Origin: Methanotrichaceae archaeon
GTDB lineage: Archaea; Halobacteriota; Methanosarcinia; Methanotrichales; Methanotrichaceae
Direction: 5' to 3'
DNA length: 64,000 nt
NCBI GenBank assembly: GCA_963803145.1
Contig: CAWDLW010000017.1
Coordinates: 32,001-96,000, forward strand
Made by a program: the position numbers and the translations under genes. The notes beneath the pieces are model-generated. The model made no database searches and had not been told where the DNA came from. It saw nothing but the letters and a program-made list of their open reading frames with translations. Position 1 is the first letter of the stretch. Every line of letters starts with the position of its first letter. Positions 21,316-31,057 of this stretch are shown piece after piece.

Positions 21316-21717
21316 CTACATTATATTGCAAATAAAGACAACCTTTTCCAGATCTTTCATCGGCTTCACTGGATTACCTAATGCGAGCGCAGGCTCGATG
21401 CTCTCAATATTGGTTTGGAATTTGGTTGGATACGCAATATTGCCCTCGTTAAGGCTGCTCATACCAATGGCTCCTCCACTCATGCCTTTGCCAATCTGAA
21501 GAACGGATGAGCCCTCAGGCAAAGTCGCAGGCTGGATAGTTTCAACGGATGTGAGATTATTCGTTTTATTCAATACCGTTATATTTTTTGACATCGTATT
21601 ATTTACCGCCGCATTATTTTCTTGTGTAGCAGCTGACGATAGTACTGATACCAATAATATAGCAGCCATCAGCGCCATGATGCCTTTTGTGAAACTATCA
21701 CGCATACAATCCCTCAA
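21316..21717 (-). CDS. Secreted hypothetical protein
   Basis: Hydrophobic signal peptide; several N-x-T/S sequons. Confidence 0.65.
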   Translation of the reverse strand: MRDCMRDSFTKGIMALMAAILLVSVLSSAATQENNAAVNNTMSKNITVLNKTNNLTSVETIQPATLPEGSSVLQIGKGMSGGAIGMSSLNEGNIAYPTKFQTNIESIEPALALGNPVKPMKDLEKVVFICNIM

Positions 21718-21763
21718 ATGTATGTGGACATCCTAAAGGATATCAAACTATTCAGCCAAAGTT

Positions 21764-22537
21764 TTACGCTTTAATCCTGTCATCATCTTTATCGAAATCG
21801 CATGTTTGGCTTTCGACAAATTCGTCTCCCTGCCTTATCAGCTCACTGACGATCTTGCCGTCAACAATTCGCAGTATCCTATCTGTCTTCTCTGCCATTC
21901 GCATATCATGTGTAACCAGAATGAATGTCTGGTTCATCTTGCGGTTCAGCTCTCTGAGTAACTCGTAAATTCTATCCGAGGTCTTTGTATCCAGGTTGCC
22001 GGTCAGCTCGTCGCCGATAACAATTGAAGGTCCATTGACAAGGGCCCTTGCGACGGCCACACGTTGATTCTGGCCGCCGCTGAGTTGACTGGGCCTGTTG
22101 TCCAGCCGATCTTCAAGGCCTACTGATACCAGAAGCTCCCTGGCCTTCACGCGAGCCTCCTCTCTGCTCTTGCCTGCGATAAGCATGGGTATCATGACAT
22201 TCTCAAGGGCGCTGAACTCGGGTATGAGATGATGGTACTGGAAGACAAATCCCAGCTCACGGTTTCTCAACATGGCCCTTTTATTTGGGTCGGCTGCTGT
22301 AACATCTATATCGCTCAGTAAGATCTGACCGCTTGTTGGTGTATCGAGAAGCCCGATCATATTCAGGAGAGTGCTCTTGCCGCTGCCGCTTGGGCCCACG
22401 ATTGATAGGAACTCGCCCTTCTTTATTTCGAGGTTGATATCATTTAGAGCTATGACATCGACCCCACCTTTATAGATCTTGGTCAGATTCTTTATGGTTA
22501 TTATGTTGTTATCGATTTTGCCTTTGGCATCAATCAC
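21764..22537 (-). CDS. LolD/MacB-type ABC transporter ATP-binding protein
   Basis: GPSGSGKST, GFVFQYHHL, LSGGQNQRVAVAR, DELTGNLD, VTHD. Confidence 0.93.
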   Translation of the reverse strand: MIDAKGKIDNNIITIKNLTKIYKGGVDVIALNDINLEIKKGEFLSIVGPSGSGKSTLLNMIGLLDTPTSGQILLSDIDVTAADPNKRAMLRNRELGFVFQYHHLIPEFSALENVMIPMLIAGKSREEARVKARELLVSVGLEDRLDNRPSQLSGGQNQRVAVARALVNGPSIVIGDELTGNLDTKTSDRIYELLRELNRKMNQTFILVTHDMRMAEKTDRILRIVDGKIVSELIRQGDEFVESQTCDFDKDDDRIKA

Positions 22538-22759
22538 TCTCTATTGCCTCCGCTGGATAAATCCTGGGCCTTGCTGTCATTATCATTTGAGGGGTTCCTT
22601 CTCGCGCTGGTCACATCCATGGGATATTTCCCTGAATATTAGTTGTTATCCCTATCAATGCCAATTCAAAAAGCTCAGCTTCAAACAGTTAGTAATTGAT
22701 AATCAAGGGATCGGAATGGATAATCTCCGCTGAATAGATAATGGCTAACGTCCCTACTT

Positions 22760-23776
22760 TCAGCTATATTCCAGCGAGCTAACCATTGCAAGAGCGACAT
22801 CCGCCTCAAAGACATAGCCGAGCGCACCAAGAGCAATACCTTTGGCCTTCCAGGCCTTGGCATATCGCGGATTGATCTCAATTGCCGTATCAAGAGCTTT
22901 AATAGCTTCATCATATCTGCTCTGGGAAGAAAGAGCTATGCCTTTAGCATACCATGCCTTGCTGAAAAATGGATCAAGATTGGTGGCTTTATCATAGCAT
23001 TCAATCGCCTCGCTGCACTTATTCAGCTCATATAGAGCGATGCCTTTGTTATACCAGATGGCCGCATATTTTGAATCAATCTCTATAGCGCTTTCATAAG
23101 CTTTGACTGCTTCTACATATTTTCTAAGAACTCTCAGAGCATTGCCCTTATTATTCCATGCGGACACGTTTGCAGGGTTTAACATAAGGACCCTTTCGTA
23201 CAAATTCAGTTTGCTGCTCCACGCATCGATATTTTTAGGGTCCAGTTCGATGACTCTGTCATAGCATTTGTCAGCATCTTTGTATTTGCCCTGATACTTG
23301 AGAACATTGCCTTTGTTAAACCAGGCTTCGATATGTTCTGGATCCAGCCCGAGGGTATAATCATAATACCACATGGCCTCGATGAATCTTCCATAGAATT
23401 GGAAGCATCTGCCTTTGTTGTTCCAGGCGTTCGTGTTCTTTGGATCTAGTTCTATTACCTTGCTGTAACACTTCATAGCTTCATGATAATTTCTGAGATT
23501 TAGCAGCGAATTGCCCTTACTGATCCAAGCCTTTACATTCTTTGGATCCAGCTTGATGACCTTATCATAACACTTCGCTGCTTTGGCGTACTTTCCAAGA
23601 TCCATCAAAGAGCTGCATTTATCGGTCCATTCGTCGGCATTCTTGGGACCGTATAATTTGGATCTGATACAATCTAGAAAACAAGCAGCCTCTCCCCGAT
23701 CGAAAATATTTGCTATATTAGCCCATCTTTTCGGGCTCGGTGGGGCCATTGTGTAATATATATGCCGCCAACACAT
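22760..23776 (-). CDS. Tetratricopeptide repeat protein
   Basis: Repeated AW.NKG..L..L..Y.EA..CY.K.IELDP units; start uncertain. Confidence 0.88.
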   Translation of the reverse strand: MCWRHIYYTMAPPSPKRWANIANIFDRGEAACFLDCIRSKLYGPKNADEWTDKCSSLMDLGKYAKAAKCYDKVIKLDPKNVKAWISKGNSLLNLRNYHEAMKCYSKVIELDPKNTNAWNNKGRCFQFYGRFIEAMWYYDYTLGLDPEHIEAWFNKGNVLKYQGKYKDADKCYDRVIELDPKNIDAWSSKLNLYERVLMLNPANVSAWNNKGNALRVLRKYVEAVKAYESAIEIDSKYAAIWYNKGIALYELNKCSEAIECYDKATNLDPFFSKAWYAKGIALSSQSRYDEAIKALDTAIEINPRYAKAWKAKGIALGALGYVFEADVALAMVSSLEYS

Positions 23777-23793
23777 ATATTACTTTTGAATAT

Positions 23794-24954
23794 TCACATG
23801 CTTCCAATCGCCTCAACAGGGTCCATCCTTGAGGCCTTCCATGCAGGATAAAGCCCTGCAACGAAGTTCACCAGAATTGCAAACACAACAGCAATGGCGA
23901 AGGATTCGGGCTGTATGGAGACATTCAGCCTTGAAACCCTATAGATCTCGCTCGGAAGCTCTATGTTATATGACATTATGAGCTGAGCAGTCAGATAAGC
24001 AAGCCCGCTTCCAAAGATGGCCGAGGGCGGGGCGAGTATAAGGCTCTCTATCAAAAATATCTTGAGTATGGATATACGCCGCGCCCCCATAGCCATCAAT
24101 ATGCCGATCTCCTTTGTGCGTCTGGTGATTATCATTATCATAGTATTGGCTATGCCAAAGCCTGCTATTGCAAAGATGAGTATGTAGAATATGAACGAGA
24201 AGAACGACTGTGTCTGGATGAGGTTCAGTATATCGGCATTCATATCCTCCCAGGATTTCGCCTTGTAGTTGAACTTTGAGTTCAGATCTCCGGTTATATA
24301 AGGAGCCTGATAGATATCGTTTATCTTGGCATCAACCTCGGTGACGACATCTCCCTTGCCGAGCAATTGCTGTGCAGTGGCGAGGGGCAGATAAACAAGC
24401 GATTCATCATTTGCATTTCCCATCTCAAAGATGCCTGCCACTTTGAGCTTCACAGAGCTGTTCTGTAGCACTAGCAGGAAATCATCGTCTGCCTTCAGCT
24501 TCAGATCCGAAGCGAGCTTAGTTCCTATGAATGCAGAGTACTTTCTTGATTTCAGGTCCTGGAAGTTTCCCAAAATCGTGTCCCTTTGAACATTCATCAG
24601 CTTATCTTCATCGTAAGGGTTGACTCCAATGAAGTTAACTCCTCTAACCTTATCTTTGTACTGAGCAGCAGCCTTTCCAGTAAGCCTTGAAGATACAGCA
24701 TAAACGCCAGGATATTTACTGATTATGTCTGACAGCGTTCTGAAAAGATAGATGTACTTCTCGTCCTCCTTCGGCTGAACGGTGATGTGCGGATTGTTCT
24801 CCACTGTTGTCTTAATCACATCTGATTGAAAGCCGCTCATAATCCCCATAAGCACTACGATTACAGCCACTGCTAGGGTGACGGCTAGAACAGTAAACAT
24901 GGCCATCTTGGGGTTTCTAATGATATGTCTTTTGGCTATGGTGAACTCGTACAT
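23794..24954 (-). CDS. LolC/E / FtsX-type ABC permease
   Basis: FTIAKRH, PHITV, RTKEIGILMAMGA, YPAWKASRMDPVEAI. Confidence 0.92.
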   Translation of the reverse strand: MYEFTIAKRHIIRNPKMAMFTVLAVTLAVAVIVVLMGIMSGFQSDVIKTTVENNPHITVQPKEDEKYIYLFRTLSDIISKYPGVYAVSSRLTGKAAAQYKDKVRGVNFIGVNPYDEDKLMNVQRDTILGNFQDLKSRKYSAFIGTKLASDLKLKADDDFLLVLQNSSVKLKVAGIFEMGNANDESLVYLPLATAQQLLGKGDVVTEVDAKINDIYQAPYITGDLNSKFNYKAKSWEDMNADILNLIQTQSFFSFIFYILIFAIAGFGIANTMIMIITRRTKEIGILMAMGARRISILKIFLIESLILAPPSAIFGSGLAYLTAQLIMSYNIELPSEIYRVSRLNVSIQPESFAIAVVFAILVNFVAGLYPAWKASRMDPVEAIGSM

Positions 24955-24960
24955 CTCAAC

Positions 24961-26118
24961 TCAGCCCTTAATGGCCTCCACAGGATCAAGCCTTGATGCC
25001 TTCCAGGCAGGGTAAGCGCCTGCAATCACGCTCAAAGCTGCTGCAAGTAAGACGATGACCAGATAGTTCCAGGGATTGATTACAACAGGTAGCGTGATAC
25101 TTTGTCCTCCCGGAGCTTCAACTTTAATCTCTAGGCTCTTTAGATACAGCGACATAATCAGGCCGACGATAGCGCCACTAGCGCCGCCTATGAATCCCAG
25201 AATGCCGCTCTCGACCAAGAAGACGTTCCTTATCGTTCTGCCCGTAGCTCCAAGGGCCATGAGCATGCCTATCTCGCTTGTCTTCTCATTCACGAGCATG
25301 TACATTACGCTCCCTATGCCGAAGGAAGCGATTATCATTATCAGCAGCATTATCAGTCTATTTTGGAAGCGCTCAACAGAGAGTGTCCTCAGTATGTCGG
25401 GGTAAAGCTGCTGCCAGCTCTCGGCATTATATCCATACGATGACAGGATTCTGCTCACGGCATCGGCCTGGTAGACATCATAGAGCTTTATATCGACGGA
25501 GGATGCCACATCGCCTTTGTTCAGGAAGCTTCTTGCGGTTGGAAGCGACACGAACGTCAGATCATCCGGCCATCCTGCGGGCGTACTGTAGATTCCCGAT
25601 ACGACGAGGCTTGTAGGTTCCGCATTAGGGAAGCTCGCATCGACAGTGTCTCCAAGCTTCAACTTGAGCCGGTCAGCCAACTGCTGACCCATAACAACGT
25701 TGTTTCCGCTCTCGATGGATGCGATATCGCCGCGGACGATGTTTTTGCCTATGCTTACGTAGATCCGAACCATGTCGGAAGGAATTACGCCATCCATCAC
25801 CACATTCTCGACGTTATCCTTATGCGTGAATGTAGCAGTTGTGCCTAAGCTTGGGGATACTACAGATACGCCCGGAATTGATACTGCCTTATCTATGAGG
25901 TTTTTGTAAAGGTAGATGTAATCGTCCCCTTCCTTCGGCGAGACCGTAACGTGCGGCAGATCCTCGACGATAATATTGAAGAGCATCTCCTGGAATCCGT
26001 CCTGAAGCGATACAGACGTCATGGAGATGGCTACAGCAAGCCCTATGGCCAGTACGGATAAGGCGGTTTGCCTTCTGCGAGTAGTGATATGTCGCAGGGC
26101 AATGAAAGGCGCGAGCAG
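24961..26118 (-). CDS. LolC/E / FtsX-type ABC permease; probable CTG start at 26118
   Basis: EKTSEIGMLMALGA, YPAWKASRLDPVEAI. The upstream extension LLAPFIALRHITTRRRQTALSVLAIGLAVAIS aligns with the paralogue's N-terminus. Confidence 0.9.
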   Translation of the reverse strand: MLAPFIALRHITTRRRQTALSVLAIGLAVAISMTSVSLQDGFQEMLFNIIVEDLPHVTVSPKEGDDYIYLYKNLIDKAVSIPGVSVVSPSLGTTATFTHKDNVENVVMDGVIPSDMVRIYVSIGKNIVRGDIASIESGNNVVMGQQLADRLKLKLGDTVDASFPNAEPTSLVVSGIYSTPAGWPDDLTFVSLPTARSFLNKGDVASSVDIKLYDVYQADAVSRILSSYGYNAESWQQLYPDILRTLSVERFQNRLIMLLIMIIASFGIGSVMYMLVNEKTSEIGMLMALGATGRTIRNVFLVESGILGFIGGASGAIVGLIMSLYLKSLEIKVEAPGGQSITLPVVINPWNYLVIVLLAAALSVIAGAYPAWKASRLDPVEAIKG

Positions 26119-26178
26119 CTCTATCCCTTCCCTGCCATAATATCAGTCATAGTTGTAATCATCCTAGCATTGGTAATT

Positions 26179-26234
26179 TTATCACTGGTCATCTTATCAC
26201 TGGTCGCCATATCATTGCCAGCTTATCACTGGTC
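26179..26234. repeat. Three copies of TTATCACTGGTC in a divergent promoter region
   Basis: Exact 12-mers at 26179, 26194 and 26223. Confidence 0.75.
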
Positions 26235-26387
26235 CAGGTGCCTGTCTAATGCCGACATCAACAATGATCTTCCAATCGCCACGGCTTGATTAACCTTTCC
26301 AGCCAAGGCAGCAGCCCTAATCGCGGCAGATTCCAGGGTTAATTTTAAACCCATTTAGGCGTCTATAAGCTCCAGCAGGTAAATCCC

Positions 26388-27419
26388 ATGAGAATGTATC
26401 CAGTCTTGTTCGCGGCCGCCCTTGTGGCCATGATATGCACGGCCCAGTCACAGGAGATAACTGATGTCTTCTCCAACATAGCGCTGTCAGATACATCTGT
26501 CAGCGGAGATGTTGCAGGCGATCAGCTCAATCTCGACCTCTCCTCAGGCGGCCAGGTTCTTCAGACGCGGACATTGAGCCTCGACGGTCCTGGCACATAT
26601 GTATATGAATGGAACCCCTCTGGGGCTGACAAGGGATCATATGATGTCTGCGCCAGCCTTCTTAATGGGGGAAAGGTGCAATCAAAGAGGTGCTATACAT
26701 TCTTCTATGCAGGCCAGACGCCTGTGAGATTCGATGTCAGAGACTTCAATGCAAACTCAAATGGCATACATCTCTCCATATTGTCTGCGGACCCCACAAT
26801 TGTGGATATCTATTACATGCTCATAGTGGGAAACAAAGCGCTTTACATATCAAAGGATGAATCTGTCTCTATAGCCAGTGGGATGCCTCTGGAGATCGAT
26901 AGACCCTGGCACCAGATCCTTCAAGACGGCCAGGAATATTCAGGGCTAGTCAAGATCGTCGAGATCAATAGCAACTTGACAAGGGCTTTCGTGAACTCCT
27001 TTGTCGCTAAGGATAATGCGATGATAACAGAGACCTACGAGGATGAGACAGGGGCGAGCGCAACAGTTCTCGGCGACTCCAGAGTTCCTTTTGCAGGAAA
27101 GCTCGAGTTCATCCTATCCCAGAACGGCACTGTGCTTCAGACTGTTGAGAAGAAGACACCAGTGCTCCTCACAGGCAAGGATGAGACCGTGGAGATCTCA
27201 TGGAATAAAACGCTGGACCCTGGGATCTATCAGCTAAGAGTGATTCTTCTTGGGAATATGGGTGATGTGAGGGATGTGAAGGAAAGCATAATCGAGGCCA
27301 AGCCGATTGTCTCGCTTACAAACACAACTGCGCCCCAAAAGAGCCCGCTGCCTGAGGCTGCAGCATTTGTTGCTCTGGTTGCAGCTGCATTCATCAGACG
27401 GAGGAGATCCTGGCGATGA
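26388..27419 (+). CDS. Cell-surface protein with archaeosortase-type C-terminal anchor
   Basis: Signal peptide, Ig-like beta-rich body, C-terminal KSPLP + hydrophobic stretch + RRRR. Confidence 0.75.
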   Translation: MRMYPVLFAAALVAMICTAQSQEITDVFSNIALSDTSVSGDVAGDQLNLDLSSGGQVLQTRTLSLDGPGTYVYEWNPSGADKGSYDVCASLLNGGKVQSKRCYTFFYAGQTPVRFDVRDFNANSNGIHLSILSADPTIVDIYYMLIVGNKALYISKDESVSIASGMPLEIDRPWHQILQDGQEYSGLVKIVEINSNLTRAFVNSFVAKDNAMITETYEDETGASATVLGDSRVPFAGKLEFILSQNGTVLQTVEKKTPVLLTGKDETVEISWNKTLDPGIYQLRVILLGNMGDVRDVKESIIEAKPIVSLTNTTAPQKSPLPEAAAFVALVAAAFIRRRRSWR

Positions 27420-27519
27420 TTATGCAGGGTGATTACGATTATGGGAAGGCCGATATGCGCCTCAATATGCGCTTATAAATACTGTAAATGCATTTAATAC
27501 ATTTTGTCGGAGGTTTGGG

Positions 27520-27957
27520 ATGAATAAAATGGTGATCTGCTTAACATGCCTTGTAGCTTTAATGGCTGCAACAATTGCGCCATCCTTTGCCCAGGGTGGT
27601 CAGAATACTGCTACGAACACTTCTCTGAACTCTAGTAATATGACCAATAACTCTACGGGGCCGGCGCTTCGCGTTGGCTTTGAGACAACAAAGCCAGTCA
27701 ACAACCTTGATAGGTTCGGGAATAAGTCGGCTTACAACATCGAAGCATACTCACAGAACAAGCTTCTTTACAACACCAGCAATGCAACTCCAGTTCAGCC
27801 TGTGTTTAACGTCAGCGAGCGTTCAGGGGTTCCGCCCACGATCATATATAATACAGGACAAACAAAGCCCATGGTTAGCATCAACACATCCTCATCGCTG
27901 CCCGTCTACAATATCGCAACCTACTCACCGATAATGATGGGCACTCCAATTCCTTGA
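27520..27957 (+). CDS. Secreted Asn/Thr-rich hypothetical protein
   Basis: GGAGG SD, signal peptide, many N-glycosylation sequons. Confidence 0.7.
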   Translation: MNKMVICLTCLVALMAATIAPSFAQGGQNTATNTSLNSSNMTNNSTGPALRVGFETTKPVNNLDRFGNKSAYNIEAYSQNKLLYNTSNATPVQPVFNVSERSGVPPTIIYNTGQTKPMVSINTSSSLPVYNIATYSPIMMGTPIP

Positions 27958-28042
27958 AAAAGGCTCCTTGCTATTTCCTGTAGGTATATTCAAGAGGAGC
28001 CCTAGAGGTCTTTATGTCATCGGCAGAGTTCAGAGAACGCTC

Positions 28043-28182
28043 ACCACAGAGAAACGCCATGCCCAGAGAGTCTCCAAGGAAAATCGTCTTTGTGCTCTTT
28101 GTGACCTTTGTGGTGAATTAGTTTTTTTATTGCCACAAAACGAACGAGATTCAACCACAAAGAGCACAAAGAACGCACAAAT
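28043..28182. repeat. REP-like inverted repeat element
   Basis: CTTTGTGCTCTTTGTG (28088-28103) is the exact reverse complement of CACAAAGAGCACAAAG (28156-28171); additional CACA(A/G)AG units nearby. Confidence 0.7.
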
Positions 28183-28266
28183 GATCTTTTAAATCGGAAG
28201 GATGTCGCTTGGAAGGGATTTTTTAAGTTATCCTTGTAGTTCGAAAACTCCTCTGAGGCCCTGGCC

Positions 28267-28692
28267 TCAGAGGTATTTCTGAATTCTGTTTGCGAGCGCA
28301 GCCTTGGGATAGGCCCCAACGATCTTGTCTAACAGCTTTCCGTTTTTGAACACGAGCATCGTCGGTATCGCAGAGATCCTGTACTTGTTTGATGTTTTCA
28401 TATTCTCGTCAACGTTCAGCTTTCCGAAGACGACAGTGCCCTTCATCTCCCGCGCCAGCTTCTCGATGACAGGTCCGACCATCCTGCACGGCCCGCACCA
28501 CTCCGCCCAGCAGTCCAGAATGAACAGAGGGTATTGGCCTACAGCAGAATCGATACTGTCATCTTTGACTACAACAGGCTTATCGGGCAGTTGAACACTA
28601 GGTTCAGACGCACCTTGCGGCGGCTTATTTATTTCAGTCATCATTCTCTCCATTTTCTTTTTTCTTATCTCATCAAGCTCATCCAAATTCAT
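28267..28692 (-). CDS. trxA: Thioredoxin
   Basis: WAEWCGPC, KLNVDEN, IPT..VFKNG. Confidence 0.93.
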   Translation of the reverse strand: MNLDELDEIRKKKMERMMTEINKPPQGASEPSVQLPDKPVVVKDDSIDSAVGQYPLFILDCWAEWCGPCRMVGPVIEKLAREMKGTVVFGKLNVDENMKTSNKYRISAIPTMLVFKNGKLLDKIVGAYPKAALANRIQKYL

Positions 28693-29261
28693 GCCTCCAG
28701 CTTCTCTTTGGCATCGGTAATAATGGACTTGAAGTGGCTCAAATCAACGGGCATTATCTCGAAGGGCAGGTTGGTGAAGTCGAAGAACTCCAGAAGCTCA
28801 AGCTCCTTCTGGGAGGCGTCATTCAAAGTATCCATGTAGACCACGCCTTTGAAGGACCCCATCTGCATGCGAGCCTCTGTCGGGCCCCAGTTCAGCCTGC
28901 GGAAGATCTCCTTCCATGCATCCAGCCAGCCCGGCGAGAGGTAAAAGAACAGGCCCTGCTTGGCCTTGTTCTCCATGCCCTTCCTGGTGATGAAGGCATC
29001 TACGCAGTTCTGGCAATCGGCAATCTTTGCATTAAAGGGCTTGAGGATATCATCGATTTTTGGATGGCACTGACCGTATACTACTATTATTCCATCACAG
29101 CCTTTGCAGCTCTCCAGCTCCTTTTTCAGAGCATCTTTGAGTTCGTCGAAGTCAACGTGCAGACCGGGTTCAAGGTAGTGAGCCTCGAAGGGGAATCCAA
29201 GCTCGTCTCGCAGAGCCTCGATCTCCTTCTGAAAGATGCCGCAGGCAATGATTGCGTACAT
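28689..29261 (-). CDS. DUF1638-like protein
   Basis: IIACGIF..E, GLHVD, VVYGQC, NC, FYLSPGW. Confidence 0.75.
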   Translation of the reverse strand: MYAIIACGIFQKEIEALRDELGFPFEAHYLEPGLHVDFDELKDALKKELESCKGCDGIIVVYGQCHPKIDDILKPFNAKIADCQNCVDAFITRKGMENKAKQGLFFYLSPGWLDAWKEIFRRLNWGPTEARMQMGSFKGVVYMDTLNDASQKELELLEFFDFTNLPFEIMPVDLSHFKSIITDAKEKLEA

Positions 29262-29374
29262 GTCTTTACATCTTTAGGCGGCGATGGGATATATCTATTA
29301 TCGTAGGGGTGCGAGGAAATGATATCTTTTCTACGAGTAAACAGGCGCTGATGTTAGCGATTTTCCGGTTTTCC

Positions 29375-30220
29375 TCACAGTGGATTTTCGTACACCCATA
29401 TCTTACGGCGCACTTCTATTGCTTTCCCATCTTCTGGGTCCATATTTTCGATATAATCTCTTAGCACTTCTTTGATAAGCGGAAAAGGATATCCATAAGT
29501 ATCAATGATATCTTTTATCTCAGTTTCAGGTTTCATAAACTTAATTATCTCCTTTTGTATCTTTAAGAATTCTTTAATTGATTTATTCAAATGATAATTT
29601 TCTCTAAGATCTCTTAGCCTTCTTTCCTGGTTTAATCTCTTATGAAGTTTCTTATATAATTCGTTTACTTTTTCTGAATCTAGCAAGTCAGGATTCCAGC
29701 TAAAAAGCTCTTGTTTGAGCGGGACAGGGTATTTACCCTTCCATTTAACATACTCTGCTAATACTTTTAGAATGTCATCATATCTTTTAAAATTGGTTAT
29801 TTTATTTTCATTCAGTAATTGATCAGTCTCATGTTTATCGATTTTGATTAATCCCTCTTTGGTTAAATATTCTTGATGGTTAACCATTATTATAGCTTTG
29901 ACTAGATTTTCGATAGAAAGACCTAGCAATAGATAATAGATCTCTTTTAAATGGATATCATCGTTTTCTTGTGTCAACTCCGCGTTCATCTCATAATATG
30001 GATAACTACGAGAACAGATTTTATCATGAGGAACCTTATATGCCTCAAATATGATATCTGCAGCTCTTTTAAGCAGTTTGGCATATCTTTCCCAACTAGA
30101 TGGCCCGATACTAAGAGCTCCTTTGATAAAATCTTCTTCAATCATCTTTTCTATAGCTTCTTCTGTTAATGCAGAAAGTGCAATGATTATCCCTCCAAGT
30201 GCCCATTCATTATTTCGCAA
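29375..30220 (-). CDS. AT-rich hypothetical protein, HEPN-like
   Basis: Low GC; LLGLSIENLVKA...H...W.GKYP pattern; start uncertain. Confidence 0.5.
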   Translation of the reverse strand: MRNNEWALGGIIIALSALTEEAIEKMIEEDFIKGALSIGPSSWERYAKLLKRAADIIFEAYKVPHDKICSRSYPYYEMNAELTQENDDIHLKEIYYLLLGLSIENLVKAIIMVNHQEYLTKEGLIKIDKHETDQLLNENKITNFKRYDDILKVLAEYVKWKGKYPVPLKQELFSWNPDLLDSEKVNELYKKLHKRLNQERRLRDLRENYHLNKSIKEFLKIQKEIIKFMKPETEIKDIIDTYGYPFPLIKEVLRDYIENMDPEDGKAIEVRRKIWVYENPL

Positions 30221-30308
30221 CTAGGTCTCTCAGTATATACTAGGATTGATTAATAGTGTAAAAAGTTCTTTTGTTTGCATTTATTTTAATTATAATAAAT
30301 TAAAAAAA

Positions 30309-30812
30309 TTAGTGCGACAAGTGTAGCGGTATTGTAAAGCTAAATGTCGTGTTTGCTTTTACTTGTCCGCCCACTACATAGTCAAGTCGTGCATTATAGG
30401 TCCCGCTCACCCACTTGGGTTTCATGCCAAGAATAGCAGTTGGAGCTATCGACATATTGTTCCCACAGTTATTAGCAACATGGGGATCACTCCATTGTGA
30501 TAGGCCTGTAATAGCTAGAGATGGGGCATGTGAGGGTGCCTTAAGTGTTGCCAATCTGAAATTGGATGCACTCAATCCGCATATGCCGCGAACCAGTGGG
30601 CTGCTAACATTAAAATATACTGATACTGGATCACTATTCTGCGGGTTTGCAGTAGGTGCAAATATCGCTATTATGTTAATTTTTAGTGGAAGATTAATCA
30701 GTTTTCCTGACGTTGGTGAAATCGTTTTATTTTCAGCGAATGCACAATAAACACTGGATGACACGATAACAATTGCTATCGCCGCAAGCAAAAATTTCGC
30801 AGACTTCGTCAT
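30309..30812 (-). CDS. Secreted hypothetical protein
   Basis: GGGAGG SD, signal peptide, beta-rich body. Confidence 0.7.
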   Translation of the reverse strand: MTKSAKFLLAAIAIVIVSSSVYCAFAENKTISPTSGKLINLPLKINIIAIFAPTANPQNSDPVSVYFNVSSPLVRGICGLSASNFRLATLKAPSHAPSLAITGLSQWSDPHVANNCGNNMSIAPTAILGMKPKWVSGTYNARLDYVVGGQVKANTTFSFTIPLHLSH

Positions 30813-31057
30813 ATCCCTCCCTTTGAATATTTTTTGCTTATTGTCTCTGTGTACTTAAGGATTTCCAATATTGAAAGAAGACCGTGCGTTGAAACCTAGA
30901 AAAACACCTTTCCACATCTTCTAAAAATGGGTTTTTTGCTAGAACGCCTGATTAGTCAGCACTTTGTGAGCTATGGCCGATACCCTTAATAGCTGAATGC
31001 CCAAATAACCCTGCGCAATAACGATCATCCATTAATGATCGTCTCAGCAAGCCAAAT

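Noticed and set aside
27968-28319. Short ORFs across the palindrome
   Set aside because: Translations (LCALCDLCG, HKGHKEHK) are by-products of the repeat.
28734-29306. 190-aa plus-strand ORF
   Set aside because: Antisense to the DUF1638-like gene, which is coupled to trxA.
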